From Desulfomonilia bacterium (GTDB lineage Bacteria; Desulfobacterota; Desulfomonilia; UBA1062): 64,000 nucleotides of DNA. The stretch lies in NCBI GenBank assembly GCA_050014195.1, contig JBEKDT010000001.1, positions 1-64,000 of the forward strand. The letters run 5' to 3'. Below, piece after piece: positions 29,676 to 39,203 of this stretch (positions within the stretch are counted from its first letter, which is position 1; each line of letters opens with the position of its first letter). Position numbers and translations under genes: made by a program. A model generated the notes under the pieces. That model saw only the letters and a list, made by a program, of their open reading frames with translations, made no database searches and was not told the origin of the DNA.

Positions 29676-31691
29676 GTGAAAAAGAGCACTGGCAACGATT
29701 CAAATTCCACTGATCTGCGTCTCCGCGCAGAAAAACGGCTGGGCGAGACACGGACCGCAACAGGACCACACCCGAAGAAAGAAGACACCTCAAAACTGAT
29801 CCACGAACTGCAGGTCCACCAGATAGAGTTGGAGATGCAGAACGAGGAGATCATGCAGGCGCGCGCCGAGATTGAGGTGAGCCTGGAAAAGTACTCCGAT
29901 CTCTACGATTTTGCCCCGGTGGGCTATTTTACCCTTACAGACGAAGGTATCATCCGGGAGGTCAACCTTACGGGCACGGCCCTTCTGGGGGAGGATCGTT
30001 CACGTCTGATCAACCGGCGCTTCGGTCTTTTCATTTCCGATGAAACGAATTCCATCTTCCATTCGTTTCTCAGAAAGGTGTTTGGGGACACCACCAGGGA
30101 GACATGTGAGGTGGTGCTTAAAAATAACTCAATCAATATCCATATCGAGGGTACTGCAATGGAAGCCGGCAAAAACATAGGCCGGCTTTGCCTGGTGGTT
30201 GCCCAGGACATCACGAAGCGCATACGAGCGGAAGAGGCTTTACATAAAAAAACAGAAGAGATCGACTGCTTCTTTGATGTCGCCTTGGACTTGCTCTGTA
30301 TTGCGGAGCCTAATGGCTCTTTTAGGTTATTAAACCCGGCCTGGGAAAGGATCTTGGGATTTACCCGTGAAGAGCTCATGGCCGAGCGATTTTTCGAGTT
30401 CATCCACCCGGACGATGTGGAGATGACCCGTAAAGCAATTGCAACGCTGGTCTCGCAGCAAGAAATTACTAATTTTACTAACCGCTATCGCTGTAAGGAC
30501 GGTTCATATCGCTGGTTTGAATGGCGCTCGGTTCCAGTCGGCACGTTGATCTATGCCGCAGCCCGCGATATTACCGAACGGCACCGTATAGCAGAGGCTT
30601 TACAAAAAGCTCACGCCGAACTGGAATGCCGGGTGGAGGAGAGGACTGTCGAACTGAAGGAAGCTCTTACTGAAATCAAAGCAATGAAAGACCAACTCGA
30701 GACCGAGAATATATTCTTCCGTGAAGAGAACAAAATGAAATATCAATCCGCCAATATTCTCGGTGAAAGTAATGGTCTCAAAAATGTTCTCTACCAAGTA
30801 GAGCAGGTCGCACCCATGAACACGACGGTGCTCATCCTCGGTGAGACCGGTACAGGTAAGGAGCTGGTCTCTTCCGCTATCCACAACATGAGCCCTCGCA
30901 AGGACCGGCCGCTGATTTTTGTCAACTGTGCAGCGCTGCCGGCTAATTTAATTGAGAGCGAATTGTTCGGCCGTGAGAAGGGGGCATTTACCGGGGCCGA
31001 TATCCGGCGGGTAGGCCGGTTCGAAATCGCCCATGGTTCCACCATTTGCCTGGACGAGATAGGGGAACTTCCGCTGGAAATCCAGGCCAAGCTGCTCCGG
31101 GTGATCCAGGATAACAAGTTCGAACGCTTGGGCTCATCCCAAACCATCATGGTAGATGTAAGGATCGTGGCAACGACAAATCGAAACCTCAAGGAAGAGG
31201 TCCGCAATGGCCGGTTTCGGCTGGACCTTTACTATCGGCTCAACGGCTTCTCCATCACTGTCCCTCCACTGCGGGAGCGGAAGGAAGACATTCCGTTGTT
31301 GGTCGAAGTTTTTACCGAGCGATATTCCAGGAAATTAGGGAAACAGATCACGTCGATCCCGAAGGAGACGATGAAGGCACTACAGGATTACCCATGGCCT
31401 GGGAACATCCGGGAGCTGGAAAGTGTCATTGAACGCTCTGTGATTTTGTGCCCCGGGAGGGTCTTACATCTGATAGATGAATTAGATATCTGTTTATCCC
31501 CATTGTCATCCACCGTGAGAACTCTGGATGAGACAGAACGAAACCAAATCCATAAAATACTTTCAGAAACGGAGTGGCGAATCGATGGAAAGGATGGGGC
31601 TGCAGCGATCCTGGGTCTCCACCCGAGTACCTTAAGATCAAGGATGCATAAGCTCAAGATTTTCCGACCGAAGACCAAAGAGCCAGTTTAA
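29676..31691 (+). CDS. Sigma54-dependent activator with two PAS domains
   Basis: [13 protein letters not shown] coil, PAS domains, [22 protein letters not shown]-terminal HTH. Confidence 0.92.
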   Translation: MKKSTGNDSNSTDLRLRAEKRLGETRTATGPHPKKEDTSKLIHELQVHQIELEMQNEEIMQARAEIEVSLEKYSDLYDFAPVGYFTLTDEGIIREVNLTGTALLGEDRSRLINRRFGLFISDETNSIFHSFLRKVFGDTTRETCEVVLKNNSINIHIEGTAMEAGKNIGRLCLVVAQDITKRIRAEEALHKKTEEIDCFFDVALDLLCIAEPNGSFRLLNPAWERILGFTREELMAERFFEFIHPDDVEMTRKAIATLVSQQEITNFTNRYRCKDGSYRWFEWRSVPVGTLIYAAARDITERHRIAEALQKAHAELECRVEERTVELKEALTEIKAMKDQLETENIFFREENKMKYQSANILGESNGLKNVLYQVEQVAPMNTTVLILGETGTGKELVSSAIHNMSPRKDRPLIFVNCAALPANLIESELFGREKGAFTGADIRRVGRFEIAHGSTICLDEIGELPLEIQAKLLRVIQDNKFERLGSSQTIMVDVRIVATTNRNLKEEVRNGRFRLDLYYRLNGFSITVPPLRERKEDIPLLVEVFTERYSRKLGKQITSIPKETMKALQDYPWPGNIRELESVIERSVILCPGRVLHLIDELDICLSPLSSTVRTLDETERNQIHKILSETEWRIDGKDGAAAILGLHPSTLRSRMHKLKIFRPKTKEPV

Positions 31692-31845
31692 GCGCTCCGG
31701 ACCTCCTCGAATCATCCATCAACATATCGAGGTTCCACGATATATGGAGGGCTGACAAATAGTTGCATGCTTCCTTACTGCCCTCCTATTCATCTAATGC
31801 CTCGTTATTATTCATTGATTAATAACTTTCATTTTTTCCGGTTAT

Positions 31846-31861
31846 TGGCAGACCTTTTGCT
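31846..31861 (+). promoter_or_regulatory. Sigma54 -24/-12 promoter
   Basis: TGGCAGACCTTTTGCT; inverted repeat ATATCG-N8-CGATAT at 31724-31743 upstream. Confidence 0.8.
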
Positions 31862-32014
31862 CTTACTGTTTATATAAACCAGGTTATCTTACGCAATTTT
31901 TCCTATACCAGCATCGAGAACTAATAACCTTGCGGATTCGTCGCCTTGGTTTGTGACGCGAGCGATTAACGCAAGTCTTCCATGGGATGTTGGGAGAAAA
32001 GGAGGTAAGATTTT

Positions 32015-32287
32015 ATGCGTGTCTGTTACGTACTGATGGCATCATTCATCGCTCTACTGACAGCAATGGTGATCCTGCTCGGAGGTCTTGGTGATATTCA
32101 AGGGAACCATTGGGCAATGTCCTCTCAAATAAATAGTGCTTACGGCACTCAAGAGGCATCTCGCACGGGAACCTCGGCGTATCCCTGGCAGCTTGATTAT
32201 ATAACCCTTGGGACCAAGGTGGAAATAGCCGATGCTTCCATGCCTAATTATTTATTGCCATACAAAGAAGAACACAGGGCAAGATAG
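32015..32287 (+). CDS. Small secreted or membrane-anchored hypothetical protein
   Basis: Strong SD AAAAGGAGGT; N-terminal hydrophobic helix. Confidence 0.6.
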   Translation: MRVCYVLMASFIALLTAMVILLGGLGDIQGNHWAMSSQINSAYGTQEASRTGTSAYPWQLDYITLGTKVEIADASMPNYLLPYKEEHRAR

Positions 32288-32304
32288 AAGTTAGTACGGT
32301 ACTT

Positions 32305-32613
32305 GTGGAATTTTTGAAAGAATTGAATAGTCGAAAAACGGACACGTGGAAAAAGGTGGGTACGACCTCACAGAATGGAAGGGGTATCGTATCTAGAGCA
32401 GAAAGAGAGGAAATCATGGAACGTATTGTCGAACAACGGGTTAATATCAAGCGCACGCAGAAGAGGATCTTCACTCTGCTTACCCAGTGTATCGCGGACA
32501 TCCGAAAGACTGTCACAGCATCGGGGCTTGAACTGCTGGATGTTGGTGTCGGGTTCGAGAGGCACCAGACAACCGCGGATTCATACATCGTTGATTTGAA
32601 GTTGTGCGTATAA
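32305..32613 (+). CDS. Hypothetical protein (start uncertain)
   Basis: ORF between 32015-32287 and a terminator. Confidence 0.4.
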   Translation: MEFLKELNSRKTDTWKKVGTTSQNGRGIVSRAEREEIMERIVEQRVNIKRTQKRIFTLLTQCIADIRKTVTASGLELLDVGVGFERHQTTADSYIVDLKLCV

Positions 32614-32639
32614 AATCTTTTTAAGAAAAATCCATACAG

Positions 32640-32662
32640 GGAGCCCAAGAGGCTCCTTTTTT
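32640..32662 (+). terminator. Rho-independent terminator
   Basis: GGAGCC-CAAGA-GGCTCC-TTTTTT. Confidence 0.75.
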
Positions 32663-32830
32663 CTAGTACATGACAACTTTCAAAACTATCTCTTAATCTT
32701 GTGACCTCACGGTGTTGATTACTTCGATAGATCATCGTTTTCAGTGTAACCTGAAAAGTAAATGTTCCTGGAGGTAATCTTTAAGCGTTGAGTTTTTGAG
32801 GGAGTAATCTAAATTTAATACGTGCCGGCC

Positions 32831-33493
32831 TCAGTACGGCCGTTGTCCGAAGATCCTCGTGCCGATGCGGACCATGGTTGCCCCTTCCTCGATGGCAATA
32901 TGATAGGAATCGCTCATGCCCATGGAGAGCACCTCCATGCTCACGTTCGGAATATCCAGTGCCTTTATCTCATCGAAGAGAGTCTTGGCCTGACGGAAAT
33001 ACGGCCTGAGTTCCTCGGGGTCTTCCACAAAGGGGCCCATGGTCATGAGCCCTTTCACAGAGATGTTCGGTAGGCCGCTTATCTGCCGGATCAGTCCGGG
33101 GACGGCTTCAGGCATGGCGCCGTGCTTCTGTGCTTCGCGCCCGATATTCACTTCGATGAGCACGGGCATGATCTTGCCGTGCTTGGCTGAATGCTGGTCG
33201 ATCAGGCCCGAGAGCTCCAAAGAGTCAACGGTCTCGATCATATCGAACAGCGGCACGATGTGCTTGACCTTGTTCTTCTGGATATGGCCGATAAAATGCC
33301 ATGCAGCCTTCTTGCCGATGGCTTCTATCATTTCCTTCGATTCCTGGAGATAGTTTTCACCCACGGCCGTGATGCCTGCGTCGATGGCCTCAAGGATCTC
33401 CTGGGCGTTCCGTGACTTGGCAGCCGCTACTATATTGATACCCTGGGGTATCTCCGAGCGCAATTCCAAGACATTGTCTCTGATCTGGCCCAT
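32831..33493 (-). CDS. yggS: PLP homeostasis protein
   Basis: GENYLQE, WHFIGHIQKNK, GLMTM, LSMGMS, RIGT. Confidence 0.95.
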   Translation of the reverse strand: MGQIRDNVLELRSEIPQGINIVAAAKSRNAQEILEAIDAGITAVGENYLQESKEMIEAIGKKAAWHFIGHIQKNKVKHIVPLFDMIETVDSLELSGLIDQHSAKHGKIMPVLIEVNIGREAQKHGAMPEAVPGLIRQISGLPNISVKGLMTMGPFVEDPEELRPYFRQAKTLFDEIKALDIPNVSMEVLSMGMSDSYHIAIEEGATMVRIGTRIFGQRPY

Positions 33494-33558
33494 GATTTTT
33501 TCCTATGCTTTGGGGGCAGTCGTTGTCAACGTGCAAAAACTTACTCAGTGATTGAGAG

Positions 33559-33606
33559 TTGACAGGCCTATAGTGCGATGTTACCTTAAACGGCAATAGG
33601 TTACCG
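33559..33606 (+). promoter_or_regulatory. Sigma70 promoter with a candidate NrpR operator
   Basis: TTGACA-N17-TACCTT, then CGGCA-ATAGGT-TACCG (two mismatches to CGGAA-N6-TTCCG). Confidence 0.55.
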
Positions 33607-33626
33607 ATATTCCTTAGGAGATCATT

Positions 33627-34637
33627 ATGTTCGCCTATGATGAGATGGAACGGAAGAGCATCCTGATTTTGCGCATCCTCAACCAGGCCCAGCAGCCCCT
33701 CGGTGCGCGCATCATCGCCCGGAGGATGAAGGATTACGGGATCAACCTGAGCGAGCGGGCGGTGCGATACCACCTGCAGTTCATGGACCAGCGGGAGCTC
33801 ACCCGGTTCGTCGGCAGGAGGGACGGCAGGGTGATCACACCGAAGGGTGTCGAGGAGCTCCGCAATGCACGGGTACAGGATAAGGTGGGATACTGTATCT
33901 CCCGCATGGAAATCCTTGCCTACAAAACAACCTTCGACCCTACAGCCGGTAATGGCGTGCTCCCCATCAATGTCTCATTCTTCCCTGCCGAGAGCTTTAA
34001 AGAGGCGTTGAAGGGTATGAAGCCTGCATTTGAAAAGAACTTGTGCGTAAGCGAGCTTGTGGCGGTAGCCCCTGAGGACGCCTTCCTCGGGGATGTGCAT
34101 GTGCCCCAGGGGTGCATAGGCTTTGCCACGATATGCAGCATTGTACTATCCGGCGTTCTCCTAAAACGCGGCATCCCCCTGGAGTCCAAGTTCGGGGGTA
34201 TCCTCCAGGTCAGCGAACACAAGCCCATGCGTTTTGTGGACCTCATCCATTATTCCGGGACATCCCTGGATCCATCCGAAGCCTTCATCAGCGCCAGGAT
34301 GACCGCCGTGCGGGATGTTTTGAGACGGGGGGAAGGCAAGATCCTTGCGAACTTCTGTGAGGTTGCCGGTGTCTGCAGGGATGGTGTCGAAGAGGTCATG
34401 GAGCTCTTAAAGGGTGTGGGGATAAATGCCGTGATCATAAAGGGCAAGATGGGTGAGCCGGTCTGCCAGGTGAGCGTCGATGTGAACAAGATGGGCATGA
34501 TCCTGCTGGGCGGACTCAACCCGGTTGCAGCAGCAAGGGAGGCCGGAGCGGAAGAGACGAACCTCCCTATGTCCACGGTCATGGAATACAACGATCTCAG
34601 AAGATTCTCATCCGTGTATCGCGAGTATCTTGGGTGA
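33627..34637 (+). CDS. nrpR: NrpR-family nitrogen repressor (wHTH plus one NRD domain)
   Basis: PLGARIIA..LSERAVRYHL, TICSI, Y.GTSLDP.E.F, GGLNP. Confidence 0.85.
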   Translation: MFAYDEMERKSILILRILNQAQQPLGARIIARRMKDYGINLSERAVRYHLQFMDQRELTRFVGRRDGRVITPKGVEELRNARVQDKVGYCISRMEILAYKTTFDPTAGNGVLPINVSFFPAESFKEALKGMKPAFEKNLCVSELVAVAPEDAFLGDVHVPQGCIGFATICSIVLSGVLLKRGIPLESKFGGILQVSEHKPMRFVDLIHYSGTSLDPSEAFISARMTAVRDVLRRGEGKILANFCEVAGVCRDGVEEVMELLKGVGINAVIIKGKMGEPVCQVSVDVNKMGMILLGGLNPVAAAREAGAEETNLPMSTVMEYNDLRRFSSVYREYLG

Positions 34638-34682
34638 AGAACTGTTGCCCCGCGCAGCAAGCTTAGGCGGGATCATTAAAAG

Positions 34683-37061
34683 CTAACCCAGCTCTATCCT
34701 GGTCCTGCTGATGATCTCGTCCTTCACGGTGTCGGGCAACTCATCGAAATAGGCGCAGTAACCCGCCACCCTCACTACAATGCCCGGATACCTACCCGGG
34801 TGCGACCGGGCGTCCATGAGGACCTCGGGGTCCAGCACATTGAGCTGCATTTCCATGCCACCCTGGGCGAAGAATCCTTTTGTGAGTGCGGTTATGGTGT
34901 CCAGGGCCTTTTCCCCTTTCAGTGAGGGCATATCAAAGCGCATGTTCAGGGCATAGCCATTGGGAGATAGCCTCGAATCCACGGCGGCCACCGAGTTGAG
35001 CAGGGCCGTGGGGCCGTTTAAGTCCCGCCCGTTGCAGCACCCCATGCTTGCCGCAAAGGGCTCTCCCGCCTTTCTTCCGCTCGGCAGGGATGGTGTCCTT
35101 CTCCCGAACGCTACATGGGTCGTGGAGGAATAGAACCCCGGCACATAGGGGCCTCCCCTGGTGTTACGATATCGGGAAAGGGCATCATGGAAGATATGTA
35201 CCACGAGGTCGGCGTAGCGTTCAGGCTCGCCGAGGTCATTGCCGAATTTCCCGGCGGAAAGCAGCTCGGCCCTCAATTTCGCGTTGTCCTTGAAGTCTTG
35301 CCTCATGGCCTCGATCACCTGCGCCAGGGTGTATGACTTTTTTCTGAACACCACCTCTTCGATGGCGGCAAGCGAATCCGCCACATCCGCCACACCCACG
35401 CCCTGGATGCCGCTTGAATTGTACCTGGCGCCTCCTGCAGTCACATCCTTACCGCTCTTCAGGCATCCCTCCACAAGCATGGAAGAAAACGGGGTGGGGT
35501 GGAAGTCGCAATTGGCCTTCTCGATGATCCGGATGTCCCTGACCAGGCGTTTCACCATGAATTCCACCTGGGCCTTGAAGGCATCGATGATACCGTCCAT
35601 GGTCGTGAAGGTGGATGGATCGGCAGTTCTGGCCCCGGCCCTGAACCTATGATTCGGCCTCTTACCTTTGTTCAGTGCCAGGACCAGGCACAGGGGGAGG
35701 TTGAAGAGAGCGGCATCGGTCGAGCAGAAGCTCCTGCCGGGTATGGTCGGCTCCACGCAGCCCACCACGCCATAGTCGCGGGCATCTTCAAGGGGATAGC
35801 CATGGGAGATGAGCGATGCGATGGTAGCCTCATCGTTGAACAGGCCCGGCACACTGTTTCCTTTTCGGGCCACATCCAGGGTGCGCCGCACATATTTCTC
35901 GGGTGATGCGGCATGGATCCTGGCCATGTAGTTGGGGTCGCGCAGGCCCGCAAGCTCCATGACATCGAGGAAGAGGTAGGTCAGGTCGTTGACTGCATCC
36001 CTGCCGTCCCGGTCCATGCCTCCCACGGTGGCTGCCTGGGCCACCAGGTATCCGCCGTGGTATTCGCTCGTCCTGCTGGAGAGCAGGAACATGTGTTCGG
36101 TTGTCTTGGCAGAGAAGCACAGCAGCAGCTCCAGGGCCTTGTCCTTGTCTATCCTGCCTGTCTCGATGTCATTCTGGTAAAAAGGATAGAGGTACTGGTC
36201 GATACGACCGAAGGATACTGCAGAGTTGATTCCTTCAAGGCAGACAGCCATGTGGGTGAGCCACAGCGCCTGCAGGGCCTCATGGAGTGTCTCGGCGGGC
36301 TCCAGGGGCACCTTGTCGCAGATGTGTGCGATATCGAGCAGCTCCTGCCTTCTCGCTTGCAAGGGCTCCGTGGATGCGAGCCTATATGCCTCAAGGGAGA
36401 GCCTTTTTGCATATTCGGCCAGACCCTCGCAGGCGATCAGCGCCGCTGCATGGAGGTCGGACCTGGACTCCTCTAAAGTTTCCATGAAGCCCTTGATGCC
36501 GAGCCTTATCATGCTGCCGTAATCGGGCAGGAAATGGCCGATGCCCCCGCTCTCATTGATGAGGTAGAAGGTGGCGTTAAGCTGCTCCAGTACAAAACGC
36601 ATAAGCTTCGGGCTGTACCACTTGAATGCCCGTGAATTCATATTCCTGAAGTACCAATAGGGGATGACCTTAAAGAGGAGTTCCAGGCGCTCCTTCCAGG
36701 AAACCGGGTAAGGGTTTGTCTTTCTCCTGTTCATCCAGAGAAGCTCTTCGCTCATGACGACCCCGGACAGCTCCGGTTGAATGATAACCGATTTCCGGTG
36801 GCTGCCCACATTGCCGACGATGAGCTCGTCGTCGAATATCTTCACCGACTTATTCCGGAGCAGGTAACGCAGTGCCTTGGCCTTGCGCACCATCATAGAT
36901 TCTGTTGGATCGTCGTGCCTCTTGAAAAATTCCGTGATGAGCAGCGCTCGCTCGGTACAGAGGCGTACCGGCTGTGAGAGCAGGGCTTCCTTGATACGAG
37001 TGAAACGCCCGGCAGGGCTTTTATTGTCGTCGGGCCTCTTTTGTGCGGATTTGGCTCTCAT
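34683..37061 (-). CDS. Glycyl-radical enzyme B (eliminase/dehydratase-like, 792 aa)
   Basis: SFGRIDQYL, GCVEP Cys loop, C-terminal RVAGY. Confidence 0.93.
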   Translation of the reverse strand: MRAKSAQKRPDDNKSPAGRFTRIKEALLSQPVRLCTERALLITEFFKRHDDPTESMMVRKAKALRYLLRNKSVKIFDDELIVGNVGSHRKSVIIQPELSGVVMSEELLWMNRRKTNPYPVSWKERLELLFKVIPYWYFRNMNSRAFKWYSPKLMRFVLEQLNATFYLINESGGIGHFLPDYGSMIRLGIKGFMETLEESRSDLHAAALIACEGLAEYAKRLSLEAYRLASTEPLQARRQELLDIAHICDKVPLEPAETLHEALQALWLTHMAVCLEGINSAVSFGRIDQYLYPFYQNDIETGRIDKDKALELLLCFSAKTTEHMFLLSSRTSEYHGGYLVAQAATVGGMDRDGRDAVNDLTYLFLDVMELAGLRDPNYMARIHAASPEKYVRRTLDVARKGNSVPGLFNDEATIASLISHGYPLEDARDYGVVGCVEPTIPGRSFCSTDAALFNLPLCLVLALNKGKRPNHRFRAGARTADPSTFTTMDGIIDAFKAQVEFMVKRLVRDIRIIEKANCDFHPTPFSSMLVEGCLKSGKDVTAGGARYNSSGIQGVGVADVADSLAAIEEVVFRKKSYTLAQVIEAMRQDFKDNAKLRAELLSAGKFGNDLGEPERYADLVVHIFHDALSRYRNTRGGPYVPGFYSSTTHVAFGRRTPSLPSGRKAGEPFAASMGCCNGRDLNGPTALLNSVAAVDSRLSPNGYALNMRFDMPSLKGEKALDTITALTKGFFAQGGMEMQLNVLDPEVLMDARSHPGRYPGIVVRVAGYCAYFDELPDTVKDEIISRTRIELG

Positions 37062-37096
37062 GCGGACTTCTCCTCCTTCATGGGGTCTTCTTTTAA

Positions 37097-37153
37097 GTAG
37101 GAGCGGCTTCAGCCGCGACCATTACATACCGATCGCGCCTGAAGGCGCTCCTA
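37097..37153. repeat. GTAG-type REP doublet
   Basis: GTAGGAGCGGCTTCAGCCGCGA ... TCGCGCCTGAAGGCGCTCCTA; same family as 62189-62465. Confidence 0.85.
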
Positions 37154-37164
37154 GAAAACCTGAC

Positions 37165-38013
37165 TCAATAATTCACTACGGGTTTAAACTCCTGTTCGGG
37201 GTAGATCTGGCCCGGCTTGGGCGGCATGGAATTGTATACCCAGTCGATGTCCACACATCCGAGTGTGATCCCCCGGTGCTTCTCAAACCCGGTGAACACA
37301 CCCCTTACCAGCACATCCTCCATGTCCATGGTCAGGCCGAACACGGCTACAACAGAGCCCTTATGTATCGCGTTCAATTCTTCCTTATATGCCAGCGGCG
37401 AAAATGCGAGTCGCGTACTGCCTGCTGCCTGGCAGCCGATCAAAGGGATGATCACCGGGTATGAGTCCTCACCGGCGTACGAGATAAACTTGATGGTGTC
37501 GAGCCTCTTGAACAGGCCCTCGGCCCAGGGCTTCAGGATGCGCTTTGAAAGCATCGGCCTGACGGCCGACCTTCCCGCCAGGGCCAGGACCGAACCGAGC
37601 CCGATCCGTACAAGCGGCAGGGATTCCTTGCCGTAAGTCTCAACGAGGTCCATATAGTGCACGGTATGGATGCCGAAGTAGGCATTGTAGCGGAACATGG
37701 GCTTCAAGTTGAACATCTCGTAGTCTTCGCCGTGGGCGGCCTTATGGGTATAGAGCGCCTTGCCGCGCCACAGGCTCTTGTCCATGGTCATGATGGCAAA
37801 GCCTGTCTTGGGATTGGTCTTCACGTGCTCCTTGCTCATGCCTTCTGAGAACTGGCCCCAGATGAGCTTGGTGGGGGTCTTTGCCTGCAGCGCCGTGATG
37901 AGGGTGACGTGGGGCAGGCCTTCGGGGTTTATCGTGGCGATCAATCCAACCTTTGCCTCGGGCTCAAACTGCTTCAGGTCTTCATCATCAAAACGCGTAT
38001 AGGTCTTTTTCAT
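37165..38013 (-). CDS. Tandem pyridoxamine-5'-phosphate-oxidase-like (FMN split-barrel) protein
   Basis: IATINPEGLPHVT...NPK in the N-half; ISYAGEDSYPVIIP in the C-half. Confidence 0.75.
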   Translation of the reverse strand: MKKTYTRFDDEDLKQFEPEAKVGLIATINPEGLPHVTLITALQAKTPTKLIWGQFSEGMSKEHVKTNPKTGFAIMTMDKSLWRGKALYTHKAAHGEDYEMFNLKPMFRYNAYFGIHTVHYMDLVETYGKESLPLVRIGLGSVLALAGRSAVRPMLSKRILKPWAEGLFKRLDTIKFISYAGEDSYPVIIPLIGCQAAGSTRLAFSPLAYKEELNAIHKGSVVAVFGLTMDMEDVLVRGVFTGFEKHRGITLGCVDIDWVYNSMPPKPGQIYPEQEFKPVVNY

Positions 38014-38145
38014 GCATGCCCTCCCCTTTTATTCTCGGTGACTCTTCCTCTATCCACCGTGTCATTCCTACGAAAGCTTCGAATCCAGGAATATCAAAGC
38101 ATTCTGAGCCCATGCTCCCGGGGATGACAGTCCTTTGCTCCTTGA

Positions 38146-39189
38146 TCATCCGATCACCCCTTGCTTGGTGACGCCCAATGAGGCTTTTTCATCTGCATAC
38201 TCATACGGATGGACCTTGCTCATGGGCCCGCTCAGATGGACAATTTCAGGGTCAACACCCGAACTCCTTGCACTCTTTGCAAGGCGCTCGGCCTCATCCT
38301 GGTCAAGGAGCGCCGTCTTCCTGAACTGCCAGTCAATCCCAAGCCCGTCATACTTATTGATGCACAGGTTGTTGAAGGTGCACAGCTCCCACCTGCTCAC
38401 GGCCGGACTCAAGTTTTTCTTGATAAATGCACCGATCCCCTTGAGGTTGTCCGGTGTGGCGGTGTATCCCGGAATCAAAGGAGTGCGCACCCAGAGATCC
38501 CCGGGCATGGAGCTGTCCTCCATGGATTTGCCGATCTTGACAAGGTTTTCGAGGATCTTCTCAGGGGAGACCCCGGTGAATTCTTTATGCCTCTTGGGGT
38601 CAATCTCCTTGAGATCGTAGAGGACCAGGTCCGTATACGGCAGGAGCGACTTGATGGTCTCCCACGAACACTGCCCGCAGGTATCAAGGGCGGTATAGAC
38701 GCCCTTGAGCTTGAAGGCCGCGAGGAGCTCTTGTGTGAATTCGCCCTGCAGGGTGGGCTCGCCGCCCGAGAGGGTCACCCCGCCGCCTGACTTCTGAAAA
38801 TACACCTTATCCTTGAGCACCTCATGGAGGAGACCATCCACCTCGCAGACCTCTCCATAGACCTCCATGGCCGTAGACGGGCAGGCCTGCACGCACGCGG
38901 TGCAGGAATCGCATTTCGATCGGTCGATGGTTATACCGCTGCCCGCCAGCGCGAGAACCCCTTTCGTGCAAGCCTCGATACAGCTGCGGCAGCCGATGCA
39001 CCTGGACTTCACCCAGTGCACCTGGAGCCTCTTTGAGATGCTCTCCGGATTGTGGCACCAGACGCACTTCAACGGGCAGCCCTTGAAGAATATAGTGCTC
39101 CTGATGCCCGGCCCGTCTTCCGTGGACATGCGCTGGATCCTGAGGATGGTACCCTTGTGCTTATCTTCGTTGCCTTTCATGGTGATCAC
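38146..39189 (-). CDS. Glycyl-radical enzyme activase (radical SAM with a 2x[4Fe-4S] insert)
   Basis: DGPGIRS, GCPLKCVWCHNPE, CIGCRSCIEAC, CDSCTACVQAC, GGVTLSGGEP. Confidence 0.95.
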   Translation of the reverse strand: MITMKGNEDKHKGTILRIQRMSTEDGPGIRSTIFFKGCPLKCVWCHNPESISKRLQVHWVKSRCIGCRSCIEACTKGVLALAGSGITIDRSKCDSCTACVQACPSTAMEVYGEVCEVDGLLHEVLKDKVYFQKSGGGVTLSGGEPTLQGEFTQELLAAFKLKGVYTALDTCGQCSWETIKSLLPYTDLVLYDLKEIDPKRHKEFTGVSPEKILENLVKIGKSMEDSSMPGDLWVRTPLIPGYTATPDNLKGIGAFIKKNLSPAVSRWELCTFNNLCINKYDGLGIDWQFRKTALLDQDEAERLAKSARSSGVDPEIVHLSGPMSKVHPYEYADEKASLGVTKQGVIG

Positions 39190-39203
39190 TTCTCCTTGTG
39201 CCC

